This document shows positions 16,760-25,940 of a stretch of 32,000 bases of DNA, in pieces; position 1 is the stretch's first letter; each line of letters opens with the position of its first letter. The translations under genes and the position numbers were made by a program. Where the stretch lies: positions 1,864,492 to 1,896,491 of the forward strand of contig OZ248515.1 in assembly GCA_965234525.1 (NCBI GenBank), written 5' to 3'. The DNA comes from Caulobacteraceae bacterium. Its GTDB lineage: Bacteria > Pseudomonadota > Alphaproteobacteria > Caulobacterales > Aquidulcibacteraceae. The notes under the pieces were generated by a model. That model was not told the origin of the DNA and ran no database searches. It was given only the letters and a program-made list of their open reading frames with translations.

Positions 16760-17767
16760 ATGATCGACCTTTATGCCAAGGCTACACAGGCGTTACGTGC
16801 CCTGCCTGCTGAGACAGCCCATCAAGCCACCATCGCTGGCTTGAAAGCGGGCTTTGGCCCTAAAGCCAAGCCTGACCGTCCCGAAGACGCCGTGCAGCTT
16901 GCAGGCCTTACCTTGCCGAACCGGATCGGGCTTGCGGCTGGCTTTGATAAGAATGCCGAAGTGCCTGACGCCATGCTGGCGGCAGGCTTTGGCTTTGTCG
17001 AATGCGGCACCGTCACGCCGCGCCCGCAGGCGGGTAATCCTAAGCCGCGCTTATTCCGCTTGGTCGAAGATCAAGCAGTCATCAATCGCATGGGCTTTAA
17101 CAATGAAGGCCTCACTCCTTTTGTGAACCGCTTGCGCGCCCGTGCACACCGGCCCGGCATTGTTGGTGCCAATATCGGTGCCAATAAGGATAGCGAAGAC
17201 CGCATCGCCGATTATTGCGAAGGGCTGCGGCGGGTGTGGTTGCATGCCTCCTACATCACGATCAATATCTCCTCGCCCAACACACCGGGCCTGCGCGCGC
17301 TACAGACCCGTGCCGCGTTGGAAGATTTGTTGGGTCAGGTCATGGTTTTCGCAGAGGCACAAACCCGCACCCATGGCCGCAGACCCGTGTTCCTAAAAGT
17401 TGCCCCAGACTTGGACGAGGATGAAGTGCGCGCCATTGCCGAAACGGTGGTGGCACAAAAGATTGACGCACTGATTGTGTCCAACACCACGGTGGACCGC
17501 CCGGACCATCTGCAAGCTAAGCACAAAGGCGAACAAGGCGGCCTGTCTGGCCGACCCGTATTTGAGAAATCCACCCGCTTGTTGAAAGAGTTCAAGGGTG
17601 CACTTGGCAATGCCATGCCCTTGATCGGTGTTGGGGGCGTGGCGTCAGCCGAAGATGCGCAGGCCAAGTTCGAGGCAGGTGCCGATGCAATCCAGCTTTA
17701 TACGGCGCTAGTTTTTGAAGGGCCGGGTCTTGTCCAGAAGATCAAGGACGGGTTGAGGGCAGGCTGA
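16760..17767 (+). CDS. pyrD: Quinone-dependent dihydroorotate dehydrogenase
   Basis: LTLPNRIGLAAGFDKNAEVPDAMLAAGFGFVECGTVTPRPQAGNPKPRLFRL; INRMGFNNEG; NISSPNTPGLRALQ; GGVASAEDAQAKFEAGADAIQLYTALVFEGPGLV. Confidence 0.97.
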   Translation: MIDLYAKATQALRALPAETAHQATIAGLKAGFGPKAKPDRPEDAVQLAGLTLPNRIGLAAGFDKNAEVPDAMLAAGFGFVECGTVTPRPQAGNPKPRLFRLVEDQAVINRMGFNNEGLTPFVNRLRARAHRPGIVGANIGANKDSEDRIADYCEGLRRVWLHASYITINISSPNTPGLRALQTRAALEDLLGQVMVFAEAQTRTHGRRPVFLKVAPDLDEDEVRAIAETVVAQKIDALIVSNTTVDRPDHLQAKHKGEQGGLSGRPVFEKSTRLLKEFKGALGNAMPLIGVGGVASAEDAQAKFEAGADAIQLYTALVFEGPGLVQKIKDGLRAG

Positions 17768-17771
17768 GCCC

Positions 17772-18680
17772 ATGCGCCTCCTGCCGATCGTCCACCATCC
17801 CGACTACACGGCTGATACGCCAGACGGCCATCGCTTCCCCATGCAGAAGTTTGCGCGTCTGGCACAAATATTACGCGATGATGGTTTGGCGCCACACGGC
17901 TTTGTGACGCCAGAGCGCATCGCACGGGCAGATTTGATCCGCGCCCATACGCCTGCCTATGTCGATGCGGTATTGGGTCGGACTTTAGACCCAGCAGCCG
18001 TTCGACGCATTGGTTTTAGCCTGACAGAGCGCGTCGTCCTTCGCGCGCAACTGGCTACTGCGGGTACGCTTTTAGCTGCCCGTCTCGCGCTGCAAGGGGG
18101 CCTTGCCTGCAACAGTGCTGGCGGTAGCCACCATGCCCGGGCAGACCAAGGTGCAGGCTTTTGCGTCTTCAATGATGTGGCGGTCGCCGCCTCAGTCTTG
18201 CTGGCAGAAGGCCTTGTGCGACAGATTTTGGTGGTCGATTTAGACGTGCATCACGGCGACGGCACGGCTCTAATCTTTCAGGGTGAGCCCCATGTCTTCA
18301 CCTTTTCCATGCATTGCGATGACAATTGGCCTCTGGAAAAGCCACCTTCAGATATGGATCTCGCGTTGCCGAAGGGGACCGGGGATGCTGGCTATCTGGC
18401 GGCATTAGATGATTATTTGCCTGCCTTATTGGATCAGGTTCGCCCGGATCTGGTCTTTTACATCGCTGGTGTTGATCCACATCAGGATGATCGCTTGGGC
18501 AAGCTTGCCTTGACCGATCAAGGTCTCATGAAGCGAGAGCGCCGCGTGATCGAAGCGGTGCGTCGGCGGGCGATTCCTTTGGTGACAGTCCTGGGTGGCG
18601 GTTATGGCCAGGATGTGGACGCGGTCGCTCGACGGCATAGTCTTGTATTTCACGCGGCGGCGGATTTTTTGGTGGGGTGA
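17772..18680 (+). CDS. Histone deacetylase family protein (arginase/deacetylase superfamily)
   Basis: GGSHHARADQGAGFCVFNDVAVAA; ILVVDLDVHHGDGTALIF; VFTFSMH; VFYIAGVDPHQDDRLG; LGGGYG. Confidence 0.94.
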   Translation: MRLLPIVHHPDYTADTPDGHRFPMQKFARLAQILRDDGLAPHGFVTPERIARADLIRAHTPAYVDAVLGRTLDPAAVRRIGFSLTERVVLRAQLATAGTLLAARLALQGGLACNSAGGSHHARADQGAGFCVFNDVAVAASVLLAEGLVRQILVVDLDVHHGDGTALIFQGEPHVFTFSMHCDDNWPLEKPPSDMDLALPKGTGDAGYLAALDDYLPALLDQVRPDLVFYIAGVDPHQDDRLGKLALTDQGLMKRERRVIEAVRRRAIPLVTVLGGGYGQDVDAVARRHSLVFHAAADFLVG

Positions 18681-18710
18681 CCAGAGACGCACCCATTAAG
18701 TCACCTGCCA

Positions 18711-18793
18711 TCCCCGCTGGAGCGTCAGCGCAGCGCGGGGACCTCAGAGGACTTTGCGGAAGGAGGTCCCGGATCGGCTTTCGCCGTCCGGGA
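18711..18793. repeat. REP/BIME-like palindromic extragenic element with two hairpins
   Basis: Hairpin A: TCCCCGC (18711-18717) / GCGGGGA (18735-18741). Hairpin B: TCCCGGA-t-CGGC (18767-18778), TTTC loop, GCCG-TCCGGGA (18783-18793). Lies between convergent genes. Confidence 0.55.
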
Positions 18794-18805
18794 TGACAGT
18801 ACCTT

Positions 18806-20245
18806 TTATTCAGCCGCGACCGCGCCATAGCCCATGACGGCTTTGACTTCGAGGAACTCTTCAAGACCGAAGTCGCCCCATTCGCGGCCATTGCCGGACT
18901 GCTTATAGCCACCGAAGGGCGCGACCGTGTCGGTGCTGGCGCCGTTGATGTGGATCATGCCTGCGCGGATTTGCTTGGCAACAGAGCGTGCATGGTCGAG
19001 GTTTTCGGACTGGACATAGCCCGACAGGCCATAAACCGTGTCATTCGCCATCGCGACGGCGTCTGCTTCTGAATCGTAGGGGATCATCGTCAGCACGGGG
19101 CCAAAGATTTCTTCGCGTGCGATTGTGGTGTCATTGGTATCGCTGACAAACACAGTTGGGCGCACGAAATAGCCTTTATTGAAGCCTTCAGGGCGACCCA
19201 TGCCACCAGCTACGAGCGTGGCTTCTTTCATACCGATTTCGATCAAGGATTGGACCTTCTCGAATTGGCGGCCATTGGCCAATGGGCCCATGGCAAAGCG
19301 CTTGTCGCCGGCAGGATCAGCAACCACAACCGATTCAGCCGTGGCTTTGGCAACAGCGGTTGCTTCGCCAAGTTTCGCGCGTGGCACGAACATGCGGGTT
19401 GGCGCGTTACAGGACTGGCCCGAATTGGTCATGACTTGCATGACGCCCGAAGAAACCGCCTTTTGAATGTCGGCATCTTCCAAAACGATGTTGGGTGACT
19501 TGCCGCCCAGTTCTTGTGCGATGCGCTTTACGGTTGGCGCTGCACTCTTGGCGATTTCAATGCCAGCGCGGGTCGAACCGGTGAAGGACACGAAGTCGAC
19601 TTCGTCATGGGTCGACAAGACGCTGCCAACACCTGGACCATCGCCATTGACGAGGTTGAACACGCCCTTAGGCACGCCGGCTTCATGAATGATGTCGGCC
19701 AAGATCATAGCGTCGAGCGGAGCGAGTTCGGATGGCTTCAACACCATGGTGCAACCAGCAGCCAAAGCAGGGCCAACCTTGCAGCCGATTTGGTTCATGG
19801 GCCAGTTCCAAGGCGTGATCAGGCTGCACACACCAATCGCTTCATAGCGAATGCGGGTGTTGCCGCGCGAATGCTCCCAGGTGAATTCTTTCAGCGCATT
19901 CAAAGCACCCATCAATTGGCCGAGGCCAGCTGGGGCTTGGGCGGCTGTTGCCAGCCACATGGGCGCGCCCATTTCTTGGCTGATGGCATGGGCGATTTCA
20001 GGCAGCTTGGCCGAATAAAGCGCAATGATCTTTTCCAAGAGCGCAATGCGCTCATCATGGCTGGTTTCGGAGAAAGCGGGGAAGGCGGCGCGTGCGGCGA
20101 GGATGGCCTTTACCGCGTCTGCTTCACCACCCAAAGAGATGACGGCAATCGCTTCTTCCGTTGCCGGATTGATGACATGGTGATCGAGCGGCGTGACCGG
20201 ATCAACCCAAGCGCCGTCGATGTAGAATTGTTTGCGTTCAATCAT
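18806..20245 (-). CDS. Aldehyde dehydrogenase family protein
   Basis: VTPWNWPMNQIGCKVGPALAAGCTMVLKPSE-type region; VSFTGSTRAGIEIAKSAAPTVKRIAQELGGKSPNIVLEDAD; NSGQSCNAPTRM; EEIFGPVLTMIPYD. ORF opens at 20347; likely start is MIERKQFYIDG at 20245. Confidence 0.95.
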   Translation of the reverse strand: MIERKQFYIDGAWVDPVTPLDHHVINPATEEAIAVISLGGEADAVKAILAARAAFPAFSETSHDERIALLEKIIALYSAKLPEIAHAISQEMGAPMWLATAAQAPAGLGQLMGALNALKEFTWEHSRGNTRIRYEAIGVCSLITPWNWPMNQIGCKVGPALAAGCTMVLKPSELAPLDAMILADIIHEAGVPKGVFNLVNGDGPGVGSVLSTHDEVDFVSFTGSTRAGIEIAKSAAPTVKRIAQELGGKSPNIVLEDADIQKAVSSGVMQVMTNSGQSCNAPTRMFVPRAKLGEATAVAKATAESVVVADPAGDKRFAMGPLANGRQFEKVQSLIEIGMKEATLVAGGMGRPEGFNKGYFVRPTVFVSDTNDTTIAREEIFGPVLTMIPYDSEADAVAMANDTVYGLSGYVQSENLDHARSVAKQIRAGMIHINGASTDTVAPFGGYKQSGNGREWGDFGLEEFLEVKAVMGYGAVAAE

Positions 20246-20391
20246 GGCAGACTCCCTTTTTGCGTCTCTCAACCCCGTTGATCGGAGCTTGTGCGTAGCG
20301 GCCCCTTCATACCAAGGTCCACGCGACATGGCGAGGGACCTACACATGAAATTTATAGCCCCGAACGCAAAAGGGGTGTGGGCAAGTTAGC

Positions 20392-21927
20392 CTAGCGGCG
20401 GCGCAATGATCCCATCAGCCCGCGCATCAATTCCCGCCCAATGGTGGAACTGGCTTGACGCACCATGGTTTTCATCGCGGTCTCGGCCAAACTCTGACGA
20501 GACCGGCCGGAGCGACCACGTGAGGTACCAAAAATCGCCTCCATGATCCCACCACCATCGTCTTGCTGTTCTTCCACTTGACGGGTGGACTTGGAGCGTG
20601 CGGGCTCAGGCTGTTCTAACTCGGCTTGTTGGGCTTCAAGTTCTGCCGCTTTGCGCTCCAAGATTTCAAACGCGCTGTCGCGGTCAACCACGGCATCGTA
20701 GCGCGGGCCGATAGGGCTTGCAGAAATTACGCGCGCGCGAGCCTCGGGTGAGCAGGGACCAACTTGGCTCAGCGGTGGACGGATAAAGGTTCGTTCCACA
20801 ATCGTCGGGATACCCTTCGCGTCGAGCGTGGAGACCAAGGCCTCGCCCACGCCCAAGGCCGTGATCATATCTTCAGTCTTAAAGCCTGGATTGGGCCGGA
20901 AGCTCTCGGCAGCAATGCGGACCGCCTTTGTCTCGCTTGGCGTATAGGCGCGTAGTGCATGCTGAACCCGATTACCCAATTGCGCGAGGACGGTTTCTGG
21001 AATGTCTTGCGGGTTCTGGGTAACGAAATAGATACCCACACCCTTAGAGCGGATCAGGCGCACCACTTGCTCGATGGTGTTCAGAAGCGCCTTTGGTGCG
21101 TCTCGGAACAATAAATGGGCTTCATCAAAGAAGAACACCATTTTCGGACGGTCCATATCGCCAACTTCTGGCAATTGCTCGAATAATTCCGACAGCATCC
21201 AAAGCAAGAAGGTCGAGTATAGCGTTGGGCTCTGGACCAGACGATCTGCCGCCAGAATATTGACGATACCTTTGCCGGATAGGTCAGTCCGCATGAAGTC
21301 ACGCAGATCGAGCGCAGGCTCACCAAAGAAGCCATCGGCTCCAGCTTGATCCAATTGCATGATCTTACGCTGAAGCGCAGCAATCGATTGGGGTGTCACT
21401 AGGCCATATTTCTTCGACACGACGCGGTCGTTTTCGGCCATGAAATCGAGAATGGCCTTGAGGTCCTTCATGTCGAGCAGAAATAGGCCTTCTTCATCGG
21501 CCATTTTGAAGGCGACCGCTAACGCACCTTCTTGCGCATCGCTGACTTCCATCAAGCGAGCGAGCAGGGTTGGGCCCATTTCTGAGATCGTGGTGCGAAT
21601 GGGATGACCCTTCTGACCGTAGAGATCCCAATACACGACCGGAGTGGACTCGCTCTTATAGTCGGTCAGACCGATTTGCTCGGCGCGCGCTTTGAATGGG
21701 GGTGAGGGTTCCCACGATTGGCTCATACCCGATAGGTCGCCTTTGATATCAGCGGCAAACACCGGCACACCCGCCCGTGAAAATCCTTCAGCGAGGACTT
21801 GCAGCGTTACGGTCTTGCCCGTGCCGGTCGCACCAGCGACCAAGCCGTGACGGTTGGCCCGCTTCAACAAAAGCTCAATAGAGGCAAGCGGCTCGCCGCC
21901 GGCACCGATCAGAATGGACTCACTCAT
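20392..21927 (-). CDS. Helicase HerA-like / DUF853 family ATPase (YjgR-like)
   Basis: ANRHGLVAGATGTGKTVTLQVLAEGFSRAGVPVFAADIKGDLSGMSQ (Walker A); KMVFFFDEAHLLF (Walker B); GIYFVTQNPQDIPETVLAQLGNRVQHALRA. Confidence 0.93.
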   Translation of the reverse strand: MSESILIGAGGEPLASIELLLKRANRHGLVAGATGTGKTVTLQVLAEGFSRAGVPVFAADIKGDLSGMSQSWEPSPPFKARAEQIGLTDYKSESTPVVYWDLYGQKGHPIRTTISEMGPTLLARLMEVSDAQEGALAVAFKMADEEGLFLLDMKDLKAILDFMAENDRVVSKKYGLVTPQSIAALQRKIMQLDQAGADGFFGEPALDLRDFMRTDLSGKGIVNILAADRLVQSPTLYSTFLLWMLSELFEQLPEVGDMDRPKMVFFFDEAHLLFRDAPKALLNTIEQVVRLIRSKGVGIYFVTQNPQDIPETVLAQLGNRVQHALRAYTPSETKAVRIAAESFRPNPGFKTEDMITALGVGEALVSTLDAKGIPTIVERTFIRPPLSQVGPCSPEARARVISASPIGPRYDAVVDRDSAFEILERKAAELEAQQAELEQPEPARSKSTRQVEEQQDDGGGIMEAIFGTSRGRSGRSRQSLAETAMKTMVRQASSTIGRELMRGLMGSLRRR

Positions 21928-22019
21928 GGGTTACACCAAATCCTTCTAAAGGCTCGAGAAAAAGGCTTCGCATCACCTTATTGCGGTCCGATTGGCTTGT
22001 TAAGGGCGAGGGCGGGAAT

Positions 22020-23501
22020 TTAACCGGTCACCAAGGGTCCAATCAGGCCAACCGCGGCGGCAATGATCAGAACTCCAAGCAGATTCAACACAAAACCAAC
22101 GCGCAGCATCTCAGCCTGTTTAGGGGCTCCGGTTGCATAGGCGATGGCATTGGCCGCGGTTGCAATCGGCAGCATGAAGCCAAAGCTAGCGGCAAAGGTC
22201 GCAGAGGCCCCGATCAAAAAGGCATCGCCCCCCGACCCCGCTACCATGGCTGTAAGTACGGGCAACATGGCCGTCAAAGTTGCGACGTTTGAGGCAAGCT
22301 CTGACAGAAACACTGTCGCGGCTACTAGGATCAAGACCACCAAAAGAATGGGCAAGGTGCCAATGCCTGCCATATGGTTGCCTATAAAGGTCGACAGGCC
22401 TGTCGCTTCCAAGGCTGCCGCCATCGATAGGCCACCGCCAAAAAGAATGGCGATGCCCCAGGGGATGCGCTCGGCTACCTCCCAGCCTAAAAGGGCCTTA
22501 TTGGGTTCGGCCTTGTCGCCTGCTGGAACAACAAATAGCGCAACAGCACCCAAAATTGCGATCACCATATCAGTTAGGCCTTGTAAGCCAGGCAGTTTGC
22601 TCAATGGTTCGCGTAAGATCCAAGCTAGGGCGACCGTCAGGAAGATAACCAGCACGCGCGCTTCCTTCGGGCTCATCGGACCTAAAGCTCGCGCTTCGGC
22701 AGCGATGACTTCGCGCGCGGTATCATCACCCAAATGGGCGGGAAGGCGATAGGCGATCTTGGTCAGGATCAGCCAAGTCAAGGGCACCATCACCAAAATG
22801 ATGGCGACACCAATCGCCATCCACTCCGGGAAGCTCAGGCCTACCCCATTGGCGTCCAGCCACTTGGCTCCGATCAAGTTAGTGGGCGATCCGATAGGGG
22901 TGCCGATCCCGCCAATCGACGCGCAATAAGCCACACCCAAAACACAAGCGGCCATCAGTCTCCGTCGTTCCGGGCCTGCAGGTGCCGCTGCCGTGCAGAC
23001 CGCCAAGGCAATCGGCGTCATCATCAAAGCGGTGGCGGTATTGGAAATCCACATCGACAACAAAGTAGTTGCGATCATAAACCCACCTACAATGGCAGCT
23101 GGGCTTGAACCGACAGCGGATAAGACATGGATGGCGATGCGGCGGTGTAGTCCGGATTGTTCAATGGCAGCAGCAATCATAAAGCCGCCGATGAATAAAA
23201 AGATGATTGGGTCGGCATAAGGGGCCGCGGCATCAACCGGCTTTAAGACGCCCAGCAAAGGCAAGACGCCCAGCGGCAGAAGGGCAGTTGCGGCAACGGG
23301 GATTGCCTCACTCACCCACCAAATGATCATCAAAGCCAAAAGGCAAAGGGCTTTCCAAGCCTTGGGATCGAGGCCCTCAGGGGCACCAACCCAAAGCATG
23401 ATCGCCGCGACCACAAGTCCCAAGACAAAGCCGATCTTCTGGCCAACACCAGATGTGCCATGACCTTCTTCAAAATCTGTCTCATGGGCCGGTTGCGGCA
23501 T
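22020..23501 (-). CDS. SLC13 (DASS) family anion/dicarboxylate symporter
   Basis: IMIIWWVSEAIPVAATALLPLGVLPLLGV; IFLFIGGFMIAAAIEQSGLHRRIA; MWISNTATALMMTPIA; GGIGTPIGSPTNLIG; LSELASNVATLTAMLPVLTAM. Confidence 0.94.
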   Translation of the reverse strand: MPQPAHETDFEEGHGTSGVGQKIGFVLGLVVAAIMLWVGAPEGLDPKAWKALCLLALMIIWWVSEAIPVAATALLPLGVLPLLGVLKPVDAAAPYADPIIFLFIGGFMIAAAIEQSGLHRRIAIHVLSAVGSSPAAIVGGFMIATTLLSMWISNTATALMMTPIALAVCTAAAPAGPERRRLMAACVLGVAYCASIGGIGTPIGSPTNLIGAKWLDANGVGLSFPEWMAIGVAIILVMVPLTWLILTKIAYRLPAHLGDDTAREVIAAEARALGPMSPKEARVLVIFLTVALAWILREPLSKLPGLQGLTDMVIAILGAVALFVVPAGDKAEPNKALLGWEVAERIPWGIAILFGGGLSMAAALEATGLSTFIGNHMAGIGTLPILLVVLILVAATVFLSELASNVATLTAMLPVLTAMVAGSGGDAFLIGASATFAASFGFMLPIATAANAIAYATGAPKQAEMLRVGFVLNLLGVLIIAAAVGLIGPLVTG

Positions 23502-23590
23502 TGGGTTTCCTCAAATGTGTTAATCGTGTTGACTGATACTCAGGGTTTTGAGGCCTCGACAAGTACGGGCGGTCTTGGCAGAGGTGAGCC

Positions 23591-25195
23591 ATGACATACA
23601 AAGATTTTATCGCCCGTGGCCAGTTCGCAGCCTCTATTTCCTTATCAACTCTTTTGCTCGATCTGGCGCGTCACAAACGCTTGAACTTTCAGTGCGCCGG
23701 TTTGCATTTCGATTTTTCCCGCGCCCTTCTCAGTCAAACGGATTTAGACGCCCTCATCCTCCATGCCCAAGAAATTGGAGTCGAACAAGCACGATCCGAT
23801 CTTTTTGCCGGCAAAGCAATCAACGTGACCGAGGATCGCGCTGTTATGCATATGTCCCTGCGTCAGCCTGACCGGGACTTTATGGCCAAGGGTGAAGCGG
23901 TCAGCGCGGCCGTGCGTGCAGGCCGGGCTGCCGCAACGGCCTTTGCTAACGCCGTTCGCGATGGGTCGATTGCGGCCTCTGATGGTCGCCCGTTCAAGTC
24001 GATCGTCCATATCGGGATTGGCGGATCAGATCTTGGACCACGACTTGTTTATGAAGCTTTGGCCCCAACAGCGGGCAGTGACATCATTTTGCGCTTTGCC
24101 GCCAATATTGAACCCGGAGAATTAGCCGCGGCGCTCGTTGGCCTCGATCCGCGCGAGACCTTGATCCTGTGCGTGTCGAAGACATTCACGACGCTGGAGA
24201 CTTTGGAAAATCTGAAGGCGGCCCGCGCTTGGCTGCAGGCTGCCATCGGTCCAGATGATAGCGCCCATCTGGTTGCGATCAGTGCAGCGCCTGAAAAAAC
24301 CAAGGCAGCGGGCTTTAAGCCTGACCGCGTCTTTGACTTTAAAGAATGGGTGGGCGGACGTTTCTCTCTTTGGTCGGCCGTCGGCCTTTCGTGTGAAATC
24401 GCCTTGGGCCCGGAAGTCGTGGCCGAGATGCATGCCGGGGCCGCCGCGATGGACAATTTGTTTGAGGCCTTGCCACTAGCAGACAACCCCGTCGTTATCG
24501 CCAGTCTGATAGGCTGGTGGAATCGCACCTGCCTAAATTTCAAAAGCCGTGCCGTCATTCCCTATGCCAAGCGCTTGCGCCTGTTGCCGCAATTCCTGCA
24601 GCAATTGGAGATGGAGTCGAATGGCAAGTCGGTCAATCTAGATGGAGAGGGCGTTGAAACGTCCGGTCCAGTTGTCTGGGGTGCAGAAGGCACAAACGCC
24701 CAACATGCCTTCTTCCAGCATCTGCACCAGAGCCCCGATGTCACCCCGGTAGAGTTTATCGCCATCGCGCAAGATGACGAAGATGCGCCGGTTCGCACCC
24801 GCATGACCTTAGCCAATGTCTTGGCGCAAGCTGAGGCGCTAACCCATGGCAAGAGTTTGGCTTCGGTTATCGAAACGATGCAAGCCGCCGGCGCAAGCGC
24901 GGAGCAAATTGCCACTATCGCCCCACACCGGGTTTTCAAAGGCAATCGCCCGTCCAGCTTTGTGTTGATGGATCGTCTGAGCCCCGCTAATTTCGGGGCC
25001 TATCTGGCCTTCTGTGAGCACCGCACCTTTGTTGAAGGCAAGCTATGGGGCGTCAATTCCTTTGATCAATGGGGTGTGGAATTGGGCAAAGTGATTGCCA
25101 GCGAGATCGACCTTGATCTGCAAAATGGCCCAAGCGACCGCCGTGACCCTGCCAGTGTAGCGATGATTGAGCGGATCCGTGCACTTCGGGTTTAG
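23591..25195 (+). CDS. pgi: Glucose-6-phosphate isomerase
   Basis: HIGIGGSDLGPRLVYEAL; LILCVSKTFTTLETLEN; WVGGRFSLWSAVGLS; GAEGTNAQHAFFQHLHQ; SFDQWGVELGK. Confidence 0.98.
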   Translation: MTYKDFIARGQFAASISLSTLLLDLARHKRLNFQCAGLHFDFSRALLSQTDLDALILHAQEIGVEQARSDLFAGKAINVTEDRAVMHMSLRQPDRDFMAKGEAVSAAVRAGRAAATAFANAVRDGSIAASDGRPFKSIVHIGIGGSDLGPRLVYEALAPTAGSDIILRFAANIEPGELAAALVGLDPRETLILCVSKTFTTLETLENLKAARAWLQAAIGPDDSAHLVAISAAPEKTKAAGFKPDRVFDFKEWVGGRFSLWSAVGLSCEIALGPEVVAEMHAGAAAMDNLFEALPLADNPVVIASLIGWWNRTCLNFKSRAVIPYAKRLRLLPQFLQQLEMESNGKSVNLDGEGVETSGPVVWGAEGTNAQHAFFQHLHQSPDVTPVEFIAIAQDDEDAPVRTRMTLANVLAQAEALTHGKSLASVIETMQAAGASAEQIATIAPHRVFKGNRPSSFVLMDRLSPANFGAYLAFCEHRTFVEGKLWGVNSFDQWGVELGKVIASEIDLDLQNGPSDRRDPASVAMIERIRALRV

Positions 25196-25938
25196 CCGAA
25201 CATGACTTTCGCGGCCGCAGCTTTTACCGGCAAGGTCTCAATCCCCGCATCCTTAAGGGTTGTAATCACATCCTCAAGATTTTGCGGCGTGCAACCATAG
25301 TCTGATGGGTCTGGCCCGACATCGTGGGTGAAAAAGATGATCCATGCGTTGCGCTCTTTGGCTTCGGCCACGAGATCGCGGACCTGGCCGATATCATGCT
25401 GGCGGCGCTCTATCCCAATGGCGCGCAACTCAGCGAAATCTATTCGACCTGTGTTCAGCCCCCGATAAACGCCCCGGCAGGTAAAGAATTGGCGCGCATA
25501 ATAGGCTTTGGCTGCCAAACTCACCGCGCCGTAGGGATAGGCAAAGCTGGTCATCATCACATCACCCAGCGTCTCTCGTACAAAGTTCGCATTGGCTTGC
25601 CGATCTCGATCGCGCGCGGTGTCCGATAGCTTGGTGACAAAGGGGTGGGCAAAGGTGTGACAGGCTATCTCATGGCCCGCTTGATGTAGGGCCAAAAGGT
25701 CATGGGCTTCATGCTGGGCACGGTCTTCAAAGGTCTCACCTGTATGGCCACCACACACGTAGAAGGTACCTTGGATTTCAGCGCGTTCTAGAATAGGCGC
25801 GCCGACGCGAGCAGCCGAAAACGGAATGTCGTCAAAGCTAATCGAGGCGACCGCTTGTGTCAGGCGCGACTGGATTGGGTTTAAGGGGATGGCGCGGGTT
25901 ATGGCCCCTTCGATGCGTGTCAGAAGTCTGGATGCCAT
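25192..25938 (-). CDS. Polysaccharide deacetylase family protein (NodB-like)
   Basis: ASISFDDIPFSAARVGAPILE; GTFYVCGG; GHEIACHTFAHPFVTKLSD; SFAYPYG; IIFFTHDVGPDPSDYGCTP. Confidence 0.88.
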   Translation of the reverse strand: MASRLLTRIEGAITRAIPLNPIQSRLTQAVASISFDDIPFSAARVGAPILERAEIQGTFYVCGGHTGETFEDRAQHEAHDLLALHQAGHEIACHTFAHPFVTKLSDTARDRDRQANANFVRETLGDVMMTSFAYPYGAVSLAAKAYYARQFFTCRGVYRGLNTGRIDFAELRAIGIERRQHDIGQVRDLVAEAKERNAWIIFFTHDVGPDPSDYGCTPQNLEDVITTLKDAGIETLPVKAAAAKVMFG

Positions 25939-25940
25939 AG

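Noticed and set aside
19514-20281. 255-aa plus-strand ORF opposite the aldehyde dehydrogenase
   Set aside because: Shadow ORF from biased codon usage. It is Arg/His/Trp-rich with no recognisable domain, while the minus strand encodes a clear ALDH.
18806-20347. Extended aldehyde dehydrogenase start at 20347
   Set aside because: The first 34 residues (MCRSLAMSRGPWYEGAATHK...) do not resemble ALDH. MIERKQFYIDGAW at 20245 is the natural N-terminus.
22144-22752. 202-aa plus-strand ORF opposite the SLC13 transporter
   Set aside because: Lys/Pro/Ala-rich shadow translation of a TM-encoding strand. No independent support.
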